Source: the human T2T-CHM13v2.0 reference genome, Homo sapiens. Taken from it: DNA of 64,000 nucleotides. Of the stretch, positions 1-57,500 are shown in pieces. How positions within the stretch are numbered: position 1 is the stretch's first letter; every line of letters starts with the position of its first letter. Under the pieces are notes generated by a model that saw only the letters and a list, made by a program, of their open reading frames with translations, ran no database searches and was not told the origin of the DNA. The position numbers and the translations under genes were made by a program. The stretch lies in NCBI RefSeq assembly GCF_009914755.1, contig NC_060925.1; one strand, written 5' to 3'.

Positions 1-244
1 TCATCTTGCATAGAACTAGAAAAACTTTGAAGACTCCTGTAAATTCTAAAACTCTGAAGGATACTAAATCATACAGGAAGTTACCTAAATAGTCCGACAT
101 TAGTTTGGGGTCTAATTTCTGTTTCTTCAAGTCAGCAGGATCTGGGTAAATTGCTTTATCCCTCTTCCCCAATAGACACCGGTTACTATATTACAACACT
201 CACTGAGTGTGAGATTTCAGTCTCTATTCTGTAGAGCCTGCTTA

Positions 245-4400
<4,156 letters not shown>

Positions 4401-4443
4401 TGCCATTCCTCCCTCCCTTCGAAGCCCTTTAAAAGCTTTCTGA

Positions 4444-4781
<338 letters not shown>

Positions 4782-4994
4782 TTAAACTTAGTTTACTGAA
4801 CGGAAATCTTTTGGTTTAGCAAACTAAATGTGCTGAAGGGGCTGACCAACACTGAGTCCTCATATACAATGGAAACAGAATGATGGCGACTGTGGACGGC
4901 CTCATTTGTGTGGGTGGTGGTTTGTGAGGTGGGAAAGCTAAAATGAAGAAATGCGTGCTCATACTGACGTTCTTGAAAATGCGTAGTGACATTT

Positions 4995-6202
<1,208 letters not shown>

Positions 6203-7202
6203 TCAGGACTTTGGAATCATGTGGTCATATGGTTTGGATTCACAACAAAAACAGGCTTCTCCCATTTGTGAGCATGGATGCTAAGTGATCTTGGCCAAAT
6301 ACTAGATTATCATCTCTGCATCTCCGGGACTTCATCTGTAAAACGGGTTAACAATGTCTCCCTCTTAGAGTTTGAGTGAGGATTAAATGAGAATGTGTGT
6401 TAGCTGCTTAGCATAGTACCTGGCAGGCCTTAAAGGCATCTTGCACGGATTTATGCTGGGCCTTGGCTTGGGAGGTCTCAGTGCCTGTTCTGTTTCAGAA
6501 GCCCATAGGCTTTTCCAGAGATTACCAGGAACTGGGACTAACATCCTGTATCTCTGATTTTGCCCATAAACCTCTCTCTCCATTTTTATCCATCCATACC
6601 TGTCTTTTAATTATCTGAACTACTTTTAGTTCTATTTAGAATTGGTTGTAGCTAAAATGGTTGTTCCCTCCTACACCTGGGAATAATTTAGAGAAAAGAG
6701 TTACTGTTTTATTTTAAAATTTAATGTTTTAATTTATGTTTTCCCTAAAGTACAGGAAAAAAAAATCCCTTTAAAATGACTTTGACGCCTTGTTATCTGT
6801 AGAAAGAGAACCAATGCTTTGGAATCACAGGACTGAGTTACCTCAGTGTCTTTTATAATTTTATAAAATCACCTGATATCCTTGAGCTTTGGTTTTCTCA
6901 TCTGTAAAATGGGAAGATAATACTCAACGGAATTGTAGAAAAGTGCCCATAAAAACCATAAAAATAAACACAATAGCTACCATTTATTGAGTTCTTGACA
7001 CATGGCAAATACTTTAAGTGCGGTATCTCACTTCACTGCCATGATCTATGACATGGGTGTTTTGATTCTGACTTGACAGATGAAATTTTCCCAGGGTCTC
7101 TGGGCTGGACTTATAGATGCATCTAACTCCAAAAGTTCTGTTCTTTCCACAGGCCAGCCACTGTGCAGAGTGGTGTGTGGTTTTAAAGTTGCCCATGCTG
7201 TC

Positions 7203-7943
<741 letters not shown>

Positions 7944-8016
7944 AGTACCTATTCGGTGGTTATATGATGGTGAACTATCCTGGCATTCCTCTAACTGTGG
8001 CCGGTTGGTTTTGTAG

Positions 8017-8043
8017 GAGATCCTGTTGGAAAGCAACTGCAGC

Positions 8044-8045
<2 letters not shown>
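8017..8045 (+). CDS. TDRD10: TDRD10 exon 2 (29 nt; 5' UTR plus the AT of the start codon)
   Basis: ttttgtag|GAGATC...AGCAT|gtaagt. Confidence 0.85.
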
Positions 8046-48684
<40,639 letters not shown>

Positions 48685-48804
48685 GCCTGGACACAGTATT
48701 TACCTGGCATTCTTTTAGATCAAACGAACTGGTTATCTGAGGGGTTGGGTGAACTGGCTCGGGTGGGCCTTCCTTCCCACCAAGGCTTTGTCTTTCTCTT
48801 CCAG

Positions 48805-48837
48805 TTGCACATCCTAAAGTTTGAAGAGTCTAAATAA
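48805..48837 (+). CDS. TDRD10: TDRD10 alternative last coding exon (351-aa isoform, LHILKFEESK*)
   Basis: Donor GCG|gtaact at 48607 joins acceptor tctttctcttccag|TTG at 48805 in frame; TAA at 48835-48837. Confidence 0.8.
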   Translation: MHILKFEESK

Positions 48838-49250
48838 CGGGGCTTCCCTCAGCATGTTCCCTCTCCTGTTTGCCACGGATCCAGAGGCCACCTGCCCTGT
48901 CTTCTCGTACCCCTTTCACTCTTGAGGCCTGGGAGGTGAAAAAGGCCAGACTGTGCCCAGGATTGATTCAATTTTGCTTTTACTCCCAGCTTCCCTCTCA
49001 AAAGAGAGTGAAGTCTCATTTGTCATGTGTCTTCAGTTCCCCAACTTGGCATGAACATTTGAACCAAACATAGGAAACTACCATTAGGTTGAAAGCCTGA
49101 GGCAGCTGGGATGGTCTTTCTTGTGTCTCTTCTTTGCACCCCAGAGCATGATATAAGTGGTCCTAACAGATTCTGGATAATGGAGAAGCCCTCTGCTGGT
49201 TTTCCTGGCATTCCATGTAGAATAGGTAGAGAATATTTAACCAATGAGCA

Positions 49251-49256
49251 AATAAA
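49251..49256 (+). terminator. Probable TDRD10 polyadenylation signal AATAAA
   Basis: First AATAAA downstream of both stop codons, followed by GT/T-rich sequence. Confidence 0.7.
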
Positions 49257-49687
49257 TGTTGGCATGTTTCATGAGTTTGGAGTGATTGATACTTCTTTCC
49301 AGCCACCCTTCCACTGCCCTGCCGTGCCCTCTAAAACTGCTGCAGTGAGATTAGAGCCTGCCAGTGTGGGCTCTGGGCCATGCAAACCCTGCCTGGGATA
49401 TAGATACATGTTTGAAGTGTAGGGGAACAACCTAAGAGTTAGTTTCATTATTTCTCCTTGCCTTCTAAGTGGAGAGAAGAAAATTGTTTCATGATGATAT
49501 GGCCTTGTTTCTTTTTTATACTTTGTACTTTATTAGAACCCTAAACTTAAGGTCATAAAAGGGAGTGCTGGGTTTGGCAAGAAAAATGGAGGATTCTCTT
49601 AGAGTTAGTTGGTGTTATGCAACTCACAGGGGCAGGCATTTCCCTCTATGTCAAGTGAACAGGAACCCCACTGTTTCTTCAAATAAT

Positions 49688-49721
49688 TTTATTAGAGCCA
49701 AACTATTTAAATAATTTTATT
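49688..49721 (-). terminator. Tandem UBE2Q1 polyadenylation signals (AATAAA x2)
   Basis: TTTATT on + at 49688-49693 and 49716-49721, at the end of a ~1.9-kb 3' UTR, with several UGUA motifs upstream. Confidence 0.75.
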
Positions 49722-51564
49722 TGTTTCATCCTTTGGTAGATGAGAAAAATACATTACAAAATACATTATACAGAAGACAGCTCACAGTACACATTACTAA
49801 AAACACAATCTACATTCCAGCCAGGGCTGGTGGTAAGTTCAGAAGAAAGCCACAGAGGCCTTGAAAACCAGATTTCAGCTCTATGGAATGAATTTTCCCC
49901 TTATGTCCCGTCTTTATCTCAACCTCAGCATGTTTTATTAGCACCCCTAATTAGGTGGGTGTGGGTAGAGTTAGAGCAGCATTGAGTGGGACTGGTGGAC
50001 TCTCCATCCACCTAAAGCAGCAAACATTAAAAGTCCCTCAAAAGAAAAGGGGTAGGGGAGGGGAAAGAATGGCCAATGTGAAAATTGCTGTGTCTCAAAG
50101 CATTACAGAACTGCTCTAGCATCCTAGTTCCCAGGCAGTTGTCCCAAGTCTGGGTTTTCTGAGACTTGGGTCTTCACTTGGCCATCTTTGGCCTCTGTCA
50201 TTTCACTGTTAATGAGAGCTGCTGGCATCGTAGGTCCTAAGAGGCTGAGTCCCAGAGCAAGCTTACAGACAAAGAGATGCAGGCAGCACCCGCTAGATGC
50301 AAAGTCATGCCCAAACTTTTACAACAGCAAGTACATACAACACAGCACTGACAGTTCCATCTCAGTACAGACTCCCCACCTCATCTTCCCTCCCTGGCAG
50401 TTCCTGAGCCTGGGGTAAGGACACAGGTGTATAGAACAACCCCCCTTAAAATGCTAACCCTTTCTAGTAGGACCCACCTTGTGGGAGTGGCTTGAAAGAA
50501 TCCATAATTTCCCAAGCCAAACAAATTCAGAGCTAGGTCTGTTCTTTTTGATAAAGCCAAATGAAGCAAGAGAGAGGGAGGTGAGCAAAGCTTACCAATG
50601 ATCACCATCCAGTGCTGGTTAGAAGCCACTTTCCAGGAGAGGAACCAATGAACAGCGAAGAGTTGCAGCCACACAGCTGAGATCAGAAAAGACCACATAC
50701 ACACTTGGAGACTGTGTCCCCATCCCCACTCAATTCATTCAAAAGGAATTCTACGAAGCAGCCTCTTGAGCCTCATTTTCTTTTTCTTAGAAATTTGAAA
50801 ACATCTGTGACTAGAAAAGTAGTCCTAAGAATTAACACCATCGTTTCAGCCTACCACATTGTAGTTTGGCAGGCCAGGCTCTGCATTCCAAGGGGGCAGG
50901 TGCTGGTTGCTCCAGAGGCCTTGAGGAGAAATCTAGGGGCAGACCAGGTGTGTGCTTCAGCTCCAAGTTTCTCTTGCTTTAGCAGCAAAATGCGGCCTCT
51001 CATCTCTACCAAAGCAACAGTGGACTCGTACCCCTCCCCACCTCCCAAGTAGTTCAGGGGATGGGGTGGGATGTGCGAATAAAAATAAAGATGAGTCAAG
51101 ACCAGCATCTTCAAATTAACAAACTGTAATTGTTTTCCCAAAGATACATTTTTTTCATACACATCCATCATACACTGTAACCAAAAAAAGCAGTGTACAT
51201 GAAATAAGAGAAAATAAATTAAAAATCCATAGCATAGGTAAGGAGGCTCTAGTCTGGAGCACAGCTGAGTTTCCAGCAATATAAGGAGGCTCGAAAGTTT
51301 CTTTTATAAGAATGCCTGCTAGCAAGGGTTCCAGCAAGGTGGTTGGTTGGTCTGTAAGTCAGTCTTGAGTACTTGAAACAGTTCTGTGTTTGTTTTTTTT
51401 CCTTAGCGTTTAGAATAGCCATCATTGTCCTGCAATAGGCAGAGCTATCACGTCCAGGAAAAATGAGGGAGGGAACCACAGAGGCAGCGTGAGATCCAAA
51501 TACAGCATTCAAAGGTAATTGGTCCAGTGGTGCCTGGGGAGGGAGGAAGGGTGATACTCCAGGG

Positions 51565-51596
51565 TTAGCCGTCTTCTTTTGGGGGTGTGTACCAGC
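51565..51596 (-). CDS. UBE2Q1: UBE2Q1 exon 13, coding part (WYTPPKEDG*)
   Basis: cag|GC TGG TAC...GGC TAA; the 3' UTR extends to ~49.7 kb. Confidence 0.95.
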
Positions 51597-54500
51597 CTGC
51601 AAAGAAATGGAATGGTCAGTGAGGTGAAGGTTCAGGCCCACCCTCCCTGTCCTGCCCCAATCCCTGAAGACGTCTCCAGTGGCAGAGATAAGAGGATATT
51701 GGGGAGGGCTATGCTGTGTGGGGAGAGGTGTATGGGAAGCTGAGAGCCTGCATACCTGGAGATGAGAAGGGGGAATGATGTGCCCAACCTGAGATGATGG
51801 GAGAGTTAGATGAGCTTTTTCAAAAGGTGGTCAAGAAGGGGGTAGCACCAAGTTTATCGGTGATATGATCATTTTGGTGTGTTTCTGGAAGAGGTTGTGA
51901 ATGTTAGCCACCGCCAGTCCCTCCTGGGAGAACTGGGGCAGGTGCTGTGTTAATGGGTGGTTGAGTATCAGAAACCAAAAGAAGGGGTTCTTGCTCTGTG
52001 GCTGGAAGTGAAAACCTGGGTGTGGCAAGTGTCCGAATCTCCTGAGTCCTGGCTCCAGCCTCACCGTTTTTTTCGTGGATCTGCACCAAGGACTTGTAGG
52101 ACTGCTGTGCTCTTGTCAGACTGTATTGAGACTGGGGAGAGGAAGCCACCAGATCAGGCCATGGCTAGCTGTGGCCTTACTGCCCCTCACCTTCTGCAGG
52201 CTGTCACCCAGAGACCCCAGAGTCCCAGCTCCCAGCACGGTGGTCTAGTAAAACACTAAGTACCCTCCACCTTCGAGGTCCCTTGGAGGCATAATCCCAT
52301 AGTCTTCCTTTTCCAGACCCGAAACCTCCCAAAAGTCCTAGGGGTGCCCCTAGGGGCCAAGGCACAGTTGTTCCATTGTGGGCACCCTAGGCCCTCTCAT
52401 CCAATGCCACCAGCCCGGGGGCCTTATGCTCATTCCTCTAAAGAAGGCAGCCTTGGCCTGCTAGTGGCCCCAAGTGTACTTGGCTCCACCCAGCCCCACC
52501 AGCCCCAGGACCAGGATCCTTACTTTGTTGGCTCCAAACTGCACTCGTGCTTTCCCCTTCACCAGTGTGGCACTGATCTGCATGATCACTGACTCTATGG
52601 AGTAGGCACTGCTCCAGCCCTGGGTGAAGGGAAGGACAAGGCAAGCAGGTCCAGATGGAGCTTCCAGAGAACCCTCATGCTTGTCCTCTGGGCAATCAGC
52701 TGTGTCTATAGGAGGGCCCTTGCCCTTTGCCCCCAGCACTGCCACCACCTGTCTGTCTAGGTCAGTGGGTGCAGACCCAGCCCAGCAGAATGAAAGGGCC
52801 ACATCATGTCTATCACCCAGCCCGTAGGGGTGTGTGCTGTAAAGCTCAGACAATCCCCGCCCAGGCCGGCCTGGCCAAGGAGGAGAGACAGGCTCACCTG
52901 TTTGGTGAGAAGTTCCATGCAGATGGCCCCTCCGCCCAGAACATACCTGCATGAGAAAGGTTAGTCAGCTGTGCCTGACAAAATCTCCAAGTCTCTTCCC
53001 CGCCCTCTGCCAGAGGAGATGCCCTCTTCCGCATGCCAGCCACTCACCCTCCAGAGAGGACTGGAGACACAACCCTGACAAATGGTGGGTCAAAGGGAAA
53101 GTTATCCTGAGAGAGAGAGAGACGACAATCAGGGGAGGGAGGCCAGCATCCTCCACAGGACTGTCAGGCAGACTGGGCAGCCTAGGCCAGAGGGAGAGAC
53201 TGGAAAAGAAAAGTCTTACTTTAAAGGAAAAGTTAAGTAGAATGAAGTCGGCTCCTTCTTTCTCTTTGAGGATCTGGAGATCGTTGTGCAAAGCGCTGTC
53301 CTGGTCAACTCTAAGAAGCAACAAGCCTGGGCTCAGATGCCTGGTTCCACCTCAGGAGCTTCATAAGGGCTCCCCTGCCCTGGCTGGCAGCAGACCACGA
53401 AACCACTGCCCACACCCGCTCCGGGACCCTGAATGAAAATGCTGGATGGGGCTGCCCTGGAGATCCCACCACAGTAGCCCCACTCACACTCCTCCTCAAC
53501 TTCCTCTCCAATCCCAGAGTCCCCACTCACTTGAGGAGTTTGACATTCCAATCATACAGACTGTCATTCACGAGTTCGACTGCATAGTTTCCTGGAAGGA
53601 GGGAAAAAACAGGTGTTAGTAGAGTGGTCCAGGTGGTGAGTGGTCTCTAATGCAGACCCCTTTCCCAGACTGAGAGAAAAAGATCAACAGCTCTAGGTTC
53701 ACCACAGATGGACATGCAACCAAGCCACTGGCTTGAGGAGCTCCATTCTTGGCCTGAAAAGTTCATAAGCACTCCTGGACCCCAGAACCTCTTGGGCCCC
53801 TTGCCACCATACCCTTCTTTATGGGTGACTCTTGTGCAGGCCCCTCTCTGGGGCAAACTCACCGCCTTTGAAACTCTGTGATCGGTATATATCCCTGAGC
53901 TCCTTCATCAGCCGGTCAGTGGCCTGCACCGAGCCAGACACTGCACCCTGTGAGGGACGGATGACAGGAACATTCCTTGGTCGTGTGGTTTATAAACACA
54001 CGTTAGACCTTAGGGGCAGTCTGGCAGCTTGCCCAGGATTTAAGAAAGGATTAGGCACAAAAAAGGAGTCTGCTCTCCATACTGAGATGCGATGGCCTAC
54101 TACTTCCCAGCCATTTCCCACCAACCCCTTCACCAGCCTCTCTCTAGAAGGCACGTACATTTAAGTAATCTTGCCTCTGGTTCTTTTTAATTTTCTCTAG
54201 GATGGCCAAGTTTTCTTTTCCAATGCCATCATCTTCAGATTTCTTGCCCTCAGCTGGCTCTTCCTCTTTCATTTCATAGTGATCTAAGTCTTCTGTGTCC
54301 TGGAGGAGGTGTGGGGTGGGAGTGAAAAGAAAAGGAAAAAAACCGACACAGGTTAGAGAATGACCATCACCTTCCCAGTCCCATTTGGCGAAGAGCCAAA
54401 AGTTAAAGTGAAGCAGTCCATCTAGCAGTCTTATAAACGCAACGTGCTTTCCATTTTTAGAACAATTTCCAGCCCCATTCCCTCCACAGTCTAAATCTTC

Positions 54501-57500
54501 AGCTCTCAAGCTACAGCAAGGACTTCGGAAACGAGCAGAGCTGCAGCTGAGATCGAGGCAGGGACTTAGCCCTCTTGTTTCCTGGACTGACCCTGCTCCA
54601 ACTGTTCCTAAAACTCCCTTGGCAGCAGAAACTCTTCCCTAATTCCTAGCAGAAATGACTTGGGCCTGACCCTGTGACTCAAAGCTCATGTTTCACCAGG
54701 TGACTATTGCACCCGGGAGTTCTCAGGGCCCCAAGCCTAAAGGAGAAACCTGAATCATTACATCTCCTCTCCTCGCTACAAATGCAAGGCATGAATCAGG
54801 TATGCAGAGGCACGCACTGCCAGATGGAAATGAGAAAGGATGTCCAGAGAGATATATGGAAGAGGTCAAGAACAGAATTAGCCCCTTATTCATCCTGCTC
54901 TAAGTGAGCAAGCAACTAGCTCACTGAGCATAGGGAAGGAGGAGAACCTATGTAGGGTTCAGCCCCTCAGCCAGATGTTGGGGGTGTGGCCCAGAGGGCT
55001 GTCCACTATCTGGGAGGAGTAAATTTCATGTCGTCAGCCCTTTGCCAGTCTCAAGAACCTTACAGGGTTATAGAACCTGGGATATTAATCTAATGCTAGG
55101 AAATAAAAGTAATCAGAGTGATCTCCCCATTTCTGGCAGGACATACCTAATTACCACACCAGCAGGTAATGTCTACTGAGTGTTTATTACATGCCAGGTT
55201 CTGTCCTAGGTGCCGCAGATACTAGCTCATTTCATTCTTACCACCATCACTCATTATTCTATCATTATCCATTTTATAGATGCGGAAGCTGAGTCTAGTG
55301 AGGTCAATTATCATGCCCAAAGTCACAGCTCTTAGCAGAGCTAAGATTCAGTCAAGTTCTGTCTAGCTCTAAAGCTCAAATTCCTAACCATGATTTTATA
55401 TTCTGTATGTTTTTAGAGAATATATCAGATAGATTGTTTAGCATTTATCATGTATCATCTGAAGCATTTTATATATAACACCTCATTTAATCTCAAGACA
55501 ACCATATGCAGTAGGTATTATAATCCTACTTTATAGATAAGAAAACTGTAGCTTAGTGAGATTACATAAAATTCCTCAATTAGGATAGCTAGGATGCAAA
55601 CACAGGTTTGTTGGACTCCAAAGCCATTTGAAATTAACTTACCCAGTATTTGGTTTGAACCGCGCTGCACCTGTCTTCAGTGGTTGGATATGGGTGCCCT
55701 GTCTCCTCTACTACACTGGCTATTCCTCCAGGTCAGTAAATCTGTCTTTATTCCTTTGATATTTTTCTCTCTCCAGTTTTAGACTGGAGTTCTGGATATG
55801 GGTACCAATGTTGCTGACTGCAAGAGCTTCCAGCCAATGCCACCTCAGGGGGCAAGCCTACCTCAGGCATCTCCTCATCTTCATCTTCTGAAGACACGTC
55901 TTCCTGTGTGCACTGCAGCAAGGAAGGGAAAGATGGAGATCAGAGCCCCAGTGGCTTGCTAGAATGCAGCCTCCAACCTACTCCCCTGAGCCCCCAGGTC
56001 TGGAAGTTGTGCGCCTGCCTGTAATGCTGCCAGTCTCTCCACCAGCCAGATCTGAGTGGAAGCAACAGCCCAGGGAATGGCTTTGCTACCAGCCCATTAT
56101 TTTTCGCCTATCACTGCCAAAGAATAAAAGAAAAGCAAAATGGCTGTCTCTGTCACCCACCTCCTAAATCCTAGTTTAATTCTCCTAAGAACCCCTCCTT
56201 TACTTGATCTTCTTTAGACTGATATTGCATTCTTGGTTCTCACCAAGGGGCCTGGGTCCCCAGTGGCCACCAACTGTTATTGCTAAGATAATGGTAAAAA
56301 TTCCCCCGCTCCCTTTCAACATTTGGGATGCTGCCCATGAGAATGAATTTTGATATCAGAGATGAAGCTACCAGTGCCCCATTTAGCAAAAGAAGATTCC
56401 CATCTGGAGAAGAACGAGGGTGAGAGTCATAAGACGTGTATGTTTTTGGGAGCCGGTGGGGATGGAGAGAAACTACTGATTTGTCTCAATTATTTACTGA
56501 GTACCCTGTGGGGCAACTCTGCACAACAGGGCCCGAGGCTCCTCAGCTGCTCACCTGCTCTGCTGGCAAGGGTTGATCCAGCATCTCCACATCTGGATGC
56601 TGAGGGAGGTTATAGAGTTTACACAGGTCGGAGATGATCCTCTTCAGATGCTGCAATAGCTACAGGTAGGGGAGCACAGAGACATCAAATCCTTCCCCAC
56701 TCCGATCTGGATAAGTGCATGGATGAGCTCTTAGTTCGGGCCCCACACCAATAACTAGTTCTCTAAGCCTTATGGGCCACGTGGCTGTGGGAATGAGTCT
56801 CCTGATGGACCAATCCCAGGGCCGATGCAGGGTCTCCCTCTGGCTTCAGTAAGCAACTCCCCCGAGAGGTCATCCCCTAAATGTTTAGCTGTGTACCGTC
56901 CACTTTTCAGGATCCCTTTCACAGGATGCCTTTGTGGCATGGGCCTCATAAGAACAAAATGTACCCCTACCCTGTGGCCCCCTCACCAGAGTATTCCCTT
57001 TCTTTATGTCCACCAGCCTCTCCAAGACAGCAGCCAAGTTAGGGTCATCAGACTCCACCGACCAGATGGGGGGCACAGCAGGGTATGACTCCTGAAGGGA
57101 AAAGAGCAATAAGAGCAATCAAAATGGGTGACTCTGGGAAAAGCCAGATTTTGCCTGTCCTCTTCCCCCCAAGACTTCTAGCCCCTTTGCTTCCCACCCC
57201 CACCCCCTACACACACATAAAAGCCCAACTTAGGTCAGCATCTAACCAAGCAGCTTCACAACAAATTCTAAACTGGAAGAAAAACAGTCCCTGGGAAGAC
57301 CCTTTCCGAGAAGCAGACTGAAACCTTTTCTTTCTTTCCTCGAGAGTACAAACCAGGAAACCTAGCACAGCCAAACTTGGCTAACAGCGAAGGGGGACTC
57401 CTCATCTCCTGCACTGCCTATACAAGTTCTAGACTTCAAGTTCTCCCTGGACCCACAACAGTCCTCCAAGCTTGCTTTTCAAACTCCAGAATCGGCTGAG

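Noticed and set aside
49782-49790. Overlapping miR-27 and miR-101/144 seed matches in the UBE2Q1 3' UTR
   Set aside because: 7-mers occur by chance in a 1.9-kb UTR and conservation cannot be assessed here.
55731-55776. Plus-strand donor CAG|GTCAGT paired with the 55776 acceptor
   Set aside because: The implied intron is only ~45 nt, below the practical human minimum.
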